DNA from: a virus
Length of the DNA stretch: 64,000 bases
Direction: 5' to 3' (one strand)
Virus record (IMG/VR): IMGVR_UViG_2926584956_000001
Span: 146-64,145 of that record
Shown here: positions 20,077-29,022 of the stretch, in pieces
Numbering within the stretch: the first letter of the stretch is position 1
Layout of the letters: each line of letters opens with the position of its first letter
The notes under the pieces: model-generated
The model's input: the letters and a program-made list of their open reading frames with translations, nothing else
The model's database searches: none
What the model was told of the DNA's origin: nothing
Translations under genes and position numbers: made by a program

Positions 20077-22456
20077 GAAAGGCTCAACCCAAACTTGGGT
20101 CGAATACTATCTCTCTTTCCACCTCGGTTATTGCATAGGGCCGGTCGATGAACTGACCGCGCTATTCGCAAATGATCGGGAGTTTTTCCGCGGCAGCGCG
20201 TCGGGCGGAAAAATCGCAGTCGACAATCCGAACCTCTTCGGGGGCATCGATCGAGAGGGCGGCTTGCAAGGGGATGTCTATGTGCTCACGGGGGCGGAAG
20301 ATCAGACGCTCCCTCCCGAGCTGGCCGCGCGCTTTGGCTTAACTCCTGAGACCGCACCCGGCTTCCGTGGCGTCGCCAGCCTTGCCTTCCTCGGACCCAC
20401 CCAGAACGACGGCTTCAAGATCTCGGCCAACTACCCCCAAGTCCCAGTGATCAAGGCCCGATTTCGCCGGGGCTCTTACACGCTCCCGGCGGTGCGGCCG
20501 ATCATCGTGAATTCCTATGGCTACTGGGACTGCAACCCGGCACACATCCTGCACGAAGTCATTACCAACGGCGAATGGGGCATGGGCGCCGAGCCTGGGA
20601 TGCTGGACGAAGCGTCGTTCGTCCGGGCCGCGTCGACGCTGTCGGACGAAGACTTCGGGTTGTCCCTCCGCTGGGCTCAACAGGCGACGATCGAGTCGTT
20701 CGTTCAGGAGATCCTGGACCACATCCAAGGGCTCCTCTACTTCAGCCCCTCCAGCGGACTCCTGACCCTGAAACTCCTCCGGAAGGACTACGATCCGAAC
20801 GCCCTCCCCGAGCTGGGACCAGAGGATGGCGTTCTCAAGACGTTCCGCCGGAAGCTCTGGGGTGAGACGGTGAACGAGGTCGTCGTCTCCTGGACAAATC
20901 CAGAGACCGAGGAGGAAGAAACCGTCGCGTTCCAGGATCTCGCAAATATCGCGATGCAGGGCGAGGTTGTCAGCGAGACGCGCAACTATCATGGAATTCG
21001 GTCGCCGGAACTCGCTGTCAAGGTGGGCAACCGAGACATCGTTGCAGCGGCGACGCCATTGGCATCGGCCGAGATGCTTCTCGATCGACGCCAGTGGGCG
21101 ATCGAGCCCGGCGACATGGTCCGCATCAACTGGCCCGCCCACAGCATCGACCGAATCCTGATGCGGGTCATGGAGGTCGACTACGGAAAGCCTGACAATT
21201 CACAGATCAAAGTGACCCTGGTCGAGGATGTCTTCGGCACCGACTATGCCCAGTATATCTCGATCCCGGAAACCGAATGGACCCCTCCAGACCAGGACCC
21301 GAACAGCCCCGAGTTCATCGGCCTGGACGCCAAATTCGTCGCGATCCCCTACCCCTTTGTCTCGACAATGGTGGGCGCTGAGAACGTTGACGATGGGGAC
21401 TTCCCCTTCATCATTATTGCCGCCCTCGTCACGCCGACGCGCGAGCAGACGGATCTTCAGTCCTTCGTCTTGAACGAGCCGACGTCCGACCCGACCGGGG
21501 CTGCCGGTTGGATAGGGGCTGGCGAGAAGAACACCGTGGGCATGACCGGCATTGTGGAGGGTTTGGATCGGGAGGTCGTCAGCGATGTCCTGATCGATAT
21601 GGAGAATGTCCGAGGTGTGTCCCGCCCGCAGGTCGGCCGCGTCGGCCACATCGACAACACCCTGGGAGGCGGCGACGGACTTTACATGAGCGAAGGGCAA
21701 GAGGAGCTGGTTCTCTTCCTCGCAGACCTCGGAAACAACCTCTGGCGCGTCGCTCGGGGCGTTTTCGACACCATACCCCACAGATGGCCTGCCGGGAGCA
21801 CGATCCGTTTCATTGACGACAGCTTCGATGCACTCGATCCGACCGCCGAGCCCGCTTGGTCGCAGGTCTCCTACAAGCTTCAGCCGAGGACCAGCCTCGG
21901 CCTCCAGGACATCAATCTGACGCCGGTCACCAGCACCAGCCGTCCCGCCCGACCCTACCTTCCGTTCCGACCGGCAAACGTCCGCATGGACGGATTGATG
22001 TTTGCTGGCCCGGACTACAGCGAAAACTACAACCCACGCGACTGGGCCATGTTGATCACATGGTCGACCCGTCACCGGAAGATGGAAGACGCCGTCTATC
22101 GACGTTGGGATGAAGGGGACGTGACCCCCGAGACGGGACAAACGACCGAGGTTTGTTTCTGGGCTGCGGAACCTGGGGGGTACGAGGAGCTTGAGCGCCG
22201 CGTGAGGGGGCTGACCGGCTCGTCCTACTCAATCGACATCTACGGCACCGGGCAAGTCGAGGCATTCCCCCTCAAAGTCGTATCAATGCGGAGCGAAATG
22301 GAATCACTCCAGGGCATCGAAGAAAATGTCCGCCTTTACAAAAAGGGCTACGGCTCGGACTGGGGGTATTTCTACGGTGGATGGCCGAACCCCGGCGCCC
22401 CTGACGATCCTTGGCTTGGTTTCACGGTCGGAACCCCCGGCCAAAGCGGAGAATGA
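20066..22456 (+). CDS. Central tail / host specificity protein (gpJ-like)
   Basis: 'GGIDREGG', 'NPAHILHE', 'LKLLRKDY', 'IEPGDMVRINW'. Confidence 0.85.
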   Translation: MGSKKGSTQTWVEYYLSFHLGYCIGPVDELTALFANDREFFRGSASGGKIAVDNPNLFGGIDREGGLQGDVYVLTGAEDQTLPPELAARFGLTPETAPGFRGVASLAFLGPTQNDGFKISANYPQVPVIKARFRRGSYTLPAVRPIIVNSYGYWDCNPAHILHEVITNGEWGMGAEPGMLDEASFVRAASTLSDEDFGLSLRWAQQATIESFVQEILDHIQGLLYFSPSSGLLTLKLLRKDYDPNALPELGPEDGVLKTFRRKLWGETVNEVVVSWTNPETEEEETVAFQDLANIAMQGEVVSETRNYHGIRSPELAVKVGNRDIVAAATPLASAEMLLDRRQWAIEPGDMVRINWPAHSIDRILMRVMEVDYGKPDNSQIKVTLVEDVFGTDYAQYISIPETEWTPPDQDPNSPEFIGLDAKFVAIPYPFVSTMVGAENVDDGDFPFIIIAALVTPTREQTDLQSFVLNEPTSDPTGAAGWIGAGEKNTVGMTGIVEGLDREVVSDVLIDMENVRGVSRPQVGRVGHIDNTLGGGDGLYMSEGQEELVLFLADLGNNLWRVARGVFDTIPHRWPAGSTIRFIDDSFDALDPTAEPAWSQVSYKLQPRTSLGLQDINLTPVTSTSRPARPYLPFRPANVRMDGLMFAGPDYSENYNPRDWAMLITWSTRHRKMEDAVYRRWDEGDVTPETGQTTEVCFWAAEPGGYEELERRVRGLTGSSYSIDIYGTGQVEAFPLKVVSMRSEMESLQGIEENVRLYKKGYGSDWGYFYGGWPNPGAPDDPWLGFTVGTPGQSGE

Positions 22457-22459
22457 CTT

Positions 22460-23161
22460 ATGACAGTGGTGCACTCCTTTCAACTTCATACGAGCTTCCC
22501 GCAGCACGGCTGGGAAGAGATGATGACGGAAAATCTCGTCAAGATGTCCCAGACCCTAAATCCCCGTGCGAGCAGCAAGACGACAGCGCTCCCGGCGATC
22601 GGTCAGGAGGACGAAGCCTACATCATCCCCGACACGAACCAGCTCGCGTTCTGGACCATGGACGATTGGCACATCATGCCAATACCGACCGGCGTCCTGG
22701 TATTTGTTGAGGACGAACAGGCTTACTTCCGATGGAACCCCCTGGTCAGCGATTGGACCCTCGCCTTCCCCCTGAACTACAGCCTCCCCGACATCCCGAA
22801 GACCCTGTCGTTCTACGCCCCTGGCTACATCAGGCCGAACGCCACCATCTTCAACTATGTCACGGCCGAGGAATTCACTCTGAGGGCCGGGGCACCGGGT
22901 TCCCATGCACGTCTCCGGGTCCCCCCGGTTGGGGGCTCGATAGTCCTGACTGGGAACAACGGACTGACAATCACTTTTGCTTCCGGTTCCACTGAAGGGG
23001 TGTTTTCACAGCCCGAGGACGCGGTCTATCGGTTCTTCGAAGGGCCTGAGGGTCCGTTTGCCCAGACTGACACGTTCACCCTCCGGTCGGGCGAAACCTA
23101 CGATGCGATGGACCTCTCCGTCACCCTGGCTGGCGTCGCCCGCCCGCCCTACGAGAGTTGA
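22460..23161 (+). CDS. Tail-associated protein (DUF2793-like N-terminus)
   Basis: 'ENLVKMSQTL..ALPA..DEAYIIP..QLAFW'; synteny. Confidence 0.55.
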   Translation: MTVVHSFQLHTSFPQHGWEEMMTENLVKMSQTLNPRASSKTTALPAIGQEDEAYIIPDTNQLAFWTMDDWHIMPIPTGVLVFVEDEQAYFRWNPLVSDWTLAFPLNYSLPDIPKTLSFYAPGYIRPNATIFNYVTAEEFTLRAGAPGSHARLRVPPVGGSIVLTGNNGLTITFASGSTEGVFSQPEDAVYRFFEGPEGPFAQTDTFTLRSGETYDAMDLSVTLAGVARPPYES

Positions 23162-23168
23162 GGTCGTC

Positions 23169-23969
23169 ATGACGCTTGAGAACGGCTGGATCGAGTCGAC
23201 GATGGTCCGATATGCGAACCGGACCCTCTCCTGGAACTACGACACCGGCAAACCGACTGCTGGGTTCCCACGGCCGATGTACGAAGACATCGTGCGGCAG
23301 GACTCGTCGATCTCCCTCCGCCAGGGCGTTAGGGCGGGTTGGCAGGCAGGCGAACACCTCTGGGATGCGGACATGAACCTCAACTTCGTGTTCATGAACC
23401 GCTGGTCCGCGATGGTGAACGAGTTCTATCGGGAGCCGTGGGGGATCTGGCCGCTGCCGACCCCAAACTACTCCTATGTGAAGAGGGATGGGAACCACGC
23501 CACCTACTTCAAGGGGGCGACGGTCGACACCGAGGTCTATCCCTACACGGGCGCCAAAGCCTACATCAAAGCCGACTACCTGAACGTCGGTTTCAACGGG
23601 TCCGAATGGAAGGCGTTCTGCGAGACGCCCATCTGGAAGCCCCGCATGGAAATTGCCTTCTATGCGTCGGCCCTGTCGCCGAGCGAGGAGGTTTCTTACA
23701 CAGCAACCGAGGCGTTCTGGCTGCCCAGCGGTCATCTGCATTTTTCTCACGCTCGCAACATCGTCGACCACGGCAGGCACTATAGCCCGCGCGGCGAGCG
23801 CCCCGTTCGCAAAAACGGGCAGCAGATCGGGGTCGCCTTCTCAGACCTGGAGCTGCCGAGTTCAGGGATCATCCTGGATGAAGAGCAGACATTCAACGCC
23901 GGGGACGTCCTCAGCGTCGACGGCCCCATGCGCGACGTCGCTATTTCTTTCTTTGGGAAGCGCCTATGA
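23169..23969 (+). CDS. Tail-associated hypothetical protein
   Basis: RBS GAGG before ATG 23169; C-term resembles the preceding gene ('IAFYASA' vs 'LSFYAPG'). Confidence 0.55.
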   Translation: MTLENGWIESTMVRYANRTLSWNYDTGKPTAGFPRPMYEDIVRQDSSISLRQGVRAGWQAGEHLWDADMNLNFVFMNRWSAMVNEFYREPWGIWPLPTPNYSYVKRDGNHATYFKGATVDTEVYPYTGAKAYIKADYLNVGFNGSEWKAFCETPIWKPRMEIAFYASALSPSEEVSYTATEAFWLPSGHLHFSHARNIVDHGRHYSPRGERPVRKNGQQIGVAFSDLELPSSGIILDEEQTFNAGDVLSVDGPMRDVAISFFGKRL

Positions 23970-26900
23970 CCAAGATCATCGCGAAGAAACTCAACACCTT
24001 CCCCTTCATCGAAGTCATCGAGAGCGGAACTTATGGGGAGGACCCGGTCACCTTTGACGTCGAGCCGCCTCTTGCCGCGGCGCTGGAGGGGGCTGAGTTC
24101 TCCTACAAGCGGAACCAAGCAGCCCTGGTCAACGACCTCCGGGTCGAGGGTTCGGAGCTGTTCGGCAGTGACATTGTCCCGATTCCGCAGGACGGCATCC
24201 GGGTTTTCTCCGACGACGACCGCTTCCTGCTTTTCGGTGGTGACTCCGAGGGCGGGCCGCTCCTGATGCGACGGGCGGGGCCGACATATATGAGGCGCAA
24301 CGAGACGATCGAGTTCCCCGGAGTTCTGTCATTCGCGGCCTTCGCCGATCACAGCCGACTCCTGGCGATGATTGCCACAAACAACCCGGGCACGATCGAG
24401 ATCCAGATCCGGGATGAGGATGAGAACTTTCGCCCCCACGAGGGGTTGGACGATCCTATGGAGCTTGATGCGCCGGTCGGCACGGTCGAGGAGTTGTCCT
24501 TCACCCCGGACTTTGCGTTCCTTCACTGCCGGACTGACCAGGAGAGCACCCTGTTCTCCACGGACGAGGACGTCTTTTCCGACGTGGGGTTTCCGTCTAC
24601 CGGGCGCATCCTTGCTGTGTCCCCGGACTCGCGCTTCTTCGTGGTTGATGACGGGGACACGACCGACCCGCTAACCGTCTACTTGCGTGATGGGTTGACC
24701 TTCACGCCATTCGGAACCCTCCAGTCGTCCGACGGCAACAATCGGAAAGCAACTTTCGACCCGGAGGGGGACGTCCTAACGGCGACAGCGGGGGGATATC
24801 TCCAGATCTACCATCTTTATCCGGAAGATGGCTGGGTGCGTTCGGGTGGTATCGGCAATCCTGGCGACGTCGCGTTTTCGCGGGACGGCTCGATGATGTA
24901 CAATCGCCAAGGTCTTTACGGGAAAACGTCCGAAGAAATTCTTCCGTTCGCTGCTGAGTTCACCATCGTCGACGGTGCATTCTCGCCCGACGGAACTCGG
25001 TTCGCCTACAGCACCGGCTCAGAGGCGGGTTTCACGATCGCATCATGGGATGGGGAAACCCTGACTACGATCCAGCAGTCCCAAACCGCTGTCCCCGGCG
25101 CCATGGGTACTCGCTTTGCATGGTCTTCCGACGGGAGTGCCCTGGCGATGGAATCGCGGCTCCCCGGCGAAGCAAATGACCAGCAAGTCGAAGTGTGGAA
25201 GTGGGATGGGAACCTGGAATCTTACATCCAGAACACCCTTCCTTCATCCATTGTAGGCGGAGGGGGTACGTTCGACTGGTTGTCATGGTACGCCGACGAC
25301 CGGTTGATCTGTGGCTTTTCAAATGGCGGGGTTACCATACTAAACTTTGATGGGAGTGTATTTACCCGGCCCTACGATATCTCGTTTGCATTTTTCTCGG
25401 GAGAATACATAAAATCTAGGTCCGCCACCTCTGATGGTAAGCTTTTTGTGGCGACGAATAAGGCTTGTTACATATTCGAACTTGGCGAGGCGGCTGCCAC
25501 CCGCCTACCCAACCTTCCAATGCCCACTTGGTTCGACCCATTGGGCCCATCGAGCCAGATCGGCGCAGTCGCTCCTTCTTATGATCGTTCGCGAGTGCTC
25601 GTTAACTTCGGATCAACGGGCAGCACGCCTTATCTCGTACTGATGGTGCCAAGTGGATCGACATATAGCATCGTTGACGAGCGATTTGGCGATGTCTCAT
25701 CAGCACCGGTTGACGGCAACCTGGTCACATTCTCCCCCGGGGGAGATCGAGTCTTAGTAGATACCTACTACGAGTTAGAGTTATTCTCGCTCGTCGGTGA
25801 CACCCTGGAGCTGGAAGGTCGCATTTCACTCATCGGCGTCCCTGGCGCGACCCCCGGTTCAATTTCGGGGTTGGACTTCGTCAGTGGAGCGCTCCGCGTC
25901 GATGGTGGCTTCTACAAAGCCAGTGATCCCTACACCCTCTACAGCTACGCCTTCCTTAGCGGCCCGGGCGTTGGTGGCGCGGCAAACGATGGCTTCTCTC
26001 CGAACGGTGAGATAGTCCACACGACCGGCGAGCATCGGGCCGTCGACGATCTGGGAACACCGCTGACCCACCTCTCCTTCGAGCACACCTACCCCGCTGA
26101 TCAGGTCACCGACGTCCAGTACAGCAACTCAGGCAACCACGTCCTCTGGGAGAACCCGGACGGGGTTGCCCTCGCCGTTCGAAGGCCCGACGACACCTTC
26201 ATTGAGGTCGAACGGCTGACCGGAACCTTCGTTACGGTCTACGAGATTGATCGCGAGGACTATGTCCTCCGCGAAAAGGGCTACGAGGTGCATGCGGAGG
26301 GGGCGGTAGTCACCGACATGGTCTTCTCACAGAGCCCAGTGGCCTTCTCCTATTTCGTTTCCGATGAGGGGCGGCAGGTCTACAACACCGCCTTGGAAGA
26401 CGCCTACTTCTTCAAGGGAACCGAGTATGACGAGGACATGCTCGCGTCGTTCTTGGCCTTCTCACCAAGTGAAAGTCACTTTGCAGCAACCTATCAACGG
26501 GATGACGGTGGTCATTACGTCGTCCTCTACAAGTTCATGGACGGCGATCTGAACTACGAGGAGACCGACCGGAAGACGGTCGAGTTTGGGCCGGTCGATT
26601 TCTCAGGGTGTGCCTCGATCGTCGTTGCCCACGGCGGCGAACAACCATTCTCGGTATTCGACGTCGACCTTGAAACGGACACCCTGATCGAGAAAGAGAT
26701 CCCGCAGATTGATTGGGAAACCGAGGGTCTAATCCTCGATGTCAAATTCGCTGATTGCGACAACCTCGTGCTCCTCACTGAGGATGAGGTCATCAACTAT
26801 GAGAGCGACGGCGAGACTGGGGACTGGGCCATCACCGATGAAGTCGACCGGGACGACCGGGGTGGCGATCGCCTCGATCAATACGAGGGTGACGACAACT

Positions 26901-27040
26901 TCTATGTCCGCCCCGGGGAACCCGGTGGAGGTGGCGGCCCTGGCGATGGTGGTGGCGGAGGCTACGGATGGGACGGGGGCGTTCTCACCCCGAGGACCTA
27001 CATCCCCTACGTCGCCGTGAACGTCTTCTATCGGGAGTAG
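23966..27040 (+). CDS. Large acidic beta-propeller (WD40/YVTN-like) tail or receptor-binding protein
   Basis: 1024 aa; repeated blade-end motifs 'SPDSRF', 'FSRDGS', 'FSPDGT', 'WSSDGS', 'FSPGGD', 'FSPNGE', 'YSNSGN', 'FSPSES'. Confidence 0.7.
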   Translation: MTKIIAKKLNTFPFIEVIESGTYGEDPVTFDVEPPLAAALEGAEFSYKRNQAALVNDLRVEGSELFGSDIVPIPQDGIRVFSDDDRFLLFGGDSEGGPLLMRRAGPTYMRRNETIEFPGVLSFAAFADHSRLLAMIATNNPGTIEIQIRDEDENFRPHEGLDDPMELDAPVGTVEELSFTPDFAFLHCRTDQESTLFSTDEDVFSDVGFPSTGRILAVSPDSRFFVVDDGDTTDPLTVYLRDGLTFTPFGTLQSSDGNNRKATFDPEGDVLTATAGGYLQIYHLYPEDGWVRSGGIGNPGDVAFSRDGSMMYNRQGLYGKTSEEILPFAAEFTIVDGAFSPDGTRFAYSTGSEAGFTIASWDGETLTTIQQSQTAVPGAMGTRFAWSSDGSALAMESRLPGEANDQQVEVWKWDGNLESYIQNTLPSSIVGGGGTFDWLSWYADDRLICGFSNGGVTILNFDGSVFTRPYDISFAFFSGEYIKSRSATSDGKLFVATNKACYIFELGEAAATRLPNLPMPTWFDPLGPSSQIGAVAPSYDRSRVLVNFGSTGSTPYLVLMVPSGSTYSIVDERFGDVSSAPVDGNLVTFSPGGDRVLVDTYYELELFSLVGDTLELEGRISLIGVPGATPGSISGLDFVSGALRVDGGFYKASDPYTLYSYAFLSGPGVGGAANDGFSPNGEIVHTTGEHRAVDDLGTPLTHLSFEHTYPADQVTDVQYSNSGNHVLWENPDGVALAVRRPDDTFIEVERLTGTFVTVYEIDREDYVLREKGYEVHAEGAVVTDMVFSQSPVAFSYFVSDEGRQVYNTALEDAYFFKGTEYDEDMLASFLAFSPSESHFAATYQRDDGGHYVVLYKFMDGDLNYEETDRKTVEFGPVDFSGCASIVVAHGGEQPFSVFDVDLETDTLIEKEIPQIDWETEGLILDVKFADCDNLVLLTEDEVINYESDGETGDWAITDEVDRDDRGGDRLDQYEGDDNFYVRPGEPGGGGGPGDGGGGGYGWDGGVLTPRTYIPYVAVNVFYRE

Positions 27041-27072
27041 CCTTGCCAGAATATCACGTTTAAAGTAGATAT

Positions 27073-27085
27073 CACCTTATATGTG
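27073..27085. promoter_or_regulatory. Palindromic operator-like motif CACCTTATATGTG
   Basis: Intergenic, upstream of the 27102 gene. Confidence 0.55.
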
Positions 27086-27101
27086 AACCGGAGATCTCCC
27101 C

Positions 27102-27533
27102 ATGACTGTCAGCATTGCAGCCGCCGCGGCCATGGCCGCTTGTGACGCCATCAACGGCTTTATCGATGCCGGCGCTTCTGCCGGCACCCTGGTCATCTAC
27201 GAGGGCACCCGCCCCGCATCCGTGGCGACTGCCATTGGCGCGCAGACGGCCCTGGTCACCCTGACCCTCGGCGACCCGGCGTTTGCCGCTGCCGTCGATA
27301 CCACTGCCGGTGGGCACGCCACGGCGAACCCGGTGGACCCCGTTCAGGCAGGTGCCTCTGGTACGGCCCAGTTCTTCCGCATCTTCGACGGCGATGGTGA
27401 CGCGGTCATCGACGGCGATGTCACCGACACTGCCGGGAACGGCGATCTGAAGCTCTCCTCGACGGCTGTGGTTGCCGGGATCGACGTCACCGTCGTCTCG
27501 CTTACGACCACGATGCCCAAGAGCGCGGCGTAG
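27102..27533 (+). CDS. Virion structural protein (small Ala/Gly-rich tail component)
   Basis: 'GTLVIYEGTRPAS..LVTLTL', 'GTAQFFRIFD..VIDGDV'; RBS GGAG. Confidence 0.7.
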   Translation: MTVSIAAAAAMAACDAINGFIDAGASAGTLVIYEGTRPASVATAIGAQTALVTLTLGDPAFAAAVDTTAGGHATANPVDPVQAGASGTAQFFRIFDGDGDAVIDGDVTDTAGNGDLKLSSTAVVAGIDVTVVSLTTTMPKSAA

Positions 27534-27544
27534 GTTCGTCTGAT

Positions 27545-29014
27545 ATGGCGCAGGGGAACCCACAGCTCGCCACCTGGAGCATTGACGAAGTCGTTCGGCT
27601 CTATGAGATATCGAATGACGTCTTCGTCCAAATCGACTCCCGGGGTGGCTTCGCAAACAATGCGTCAAGCCCTGCGCCGTACCTCCGCTTTGTGAATGAC
27701 AGCGAGCATCTTCTTGTCAGGGCTGGGACGTATTCTTCGGCCGCGACGATCCGGACGCTTGCGCTTCCCTACGTCAGCGACCCGATTATCTCCACGCAGA
27801 ACCGGCCCGCGGCGTCTGCCAATATCCTGGCTGGCGGCTCCGATCTCTTCAACGCAGCCGACGGGGATTACATCTTCATGTCCCCGGACGATGACCCTCG
27901 GTCCCGAGCCGCCCAGACGATAGTCGACTCGGACGGCCAGCTTATCCTTGGGGGTGACGTCGGCTACCCGGCCCCAACGGAACTCACGGCGGCCGCGATT
28001 TCCCCTGACGGCAAGCTCCTCGTCGGTGCTCAGGCGATTGGCACCCGATCCAATGTCTGGGTCCGCCACAGCTATCATGAGGATGGCCACCCGATTTATG
28101 GGGACCCCCAGGCAGGAGACCTCCAGCCGGCGTATGAGCTTGAGGTGCGCGCGCCGATCGACGGGCTGGCCTGGGCTTCGAACGGTGACTTCATGTTCGG
28201 TGTGGGCGGTGATGGCTACATCCAAGGCTACCGCCGCGTCGATGACAACCTGATCCTGGAATGGGTCCATCAGACGACGCGCGGAGCGCCCACAGCGATC
28301 GTGGCATCGCCCGACTCCCGAACGATTGCGATTTCCTTTGAGGAGGAGGGGGTTTTCTCCACCGTCCTCTATGAGCGCACCGGCCCCTACCTCGCTGAAG
28401 AGCAGGTCCTATCGGGTATTGGTCAGGCGCTCACCTTCAGCGGTGGCGGCACCTACCTCATCGACGCCATCTCGCGCGTCGCCTTCAAGCGCCAACCCGA
28501 CCTGTCCTTCGCTCTTCTCTCTGGCGCCATGGACAACGTCGCCAGCGGTGTTCGGTCACAGGCTGTCAGCAGCCACGTTTTGAACCTCTCGGGCCGGGCT
28601 CATCTCTATCGGGGTGCTGTCGGCTCTGTTGCGCTGCGCGAAGTTGACCTCAGCAACACCCGCTTGACGCTCCTCTCCGAGGCCGCGGAGTTCAACCCGG
28701 ATGACGCATCGATCGGCGACGTCACCTCCGAGGGGGCGTTCGAGGTCACAGACGCGGGCTGGCCCGCTGGAGGCAAGGTTCTGACCGGCGTCCAGTTCGC
28801 CCCTCTGACCGGCGGTCTGGCGTCGCTGACCGCCGATCCCTGCACGCACATCGCAGTGGAAGAGGCGCTGAGTCACCGACACGTCGTGATCTACGACGCG
28901 ACCGATCAGACGCCGATCGTCTTCGTCGAGTTTCCGGTCGATTACACCACACCGGAAGGCGCCGAACTCAGGTTGACGTTCGAGTACGATTCACTCCTGA
29001 TCTTCTCAACTTAG
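27545..29014 (+). CDS. Beta-propeller tail-associated protein
   Basis: 'ISPDGK', 'WASNGD', 'SPDSRT', 'FSGGGT' repeats plus a distinct C-terminal domain. Confidence 0.6.
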   Translation: MAQGNPQLATWSIDEVVRLYEISNDVFVQIDSRGGFANNASSPAPYLRFVNDSEHLLVRAGTYSSAATIRTLALPYVSDPIISTQNRPAASANILAGGSDLFNAADGDYIFMSPDDDPRSRAAQTIVDSDGQLILGGDVGYPAPTELTAAAISPDGKLLVGAQAIGTRSNVWVRHSYHEDGHPIYGDPQAGDLQPAYELEVRAPIDGLAWASNGDFMFGVGGDGYIQGYRRVDDNLILEWVHQTTRGAPTAIVASPDSRTIAISFEEEGVFSTVLYERTGPYLAEEQVLSGIGQALTFSGGGTYLIDAISRVAFKRQPDLSFALLSGAMDNVASGVRSQAVSSHVLNLSGRAHLYRGAVGSVALREVDLSNTRLTLLSEAAEFNPDDASIGDVTSEGAFEVTDAGWPAGGKVLTGVQFAPLTGGLASLTADPCTHIAVEEALSHRHVVIYDATDQTPIVFVEFPVDYTTPEGAELRLTFEYDSLLIFST

Positions 29015-29022
29015 GAGGGGCA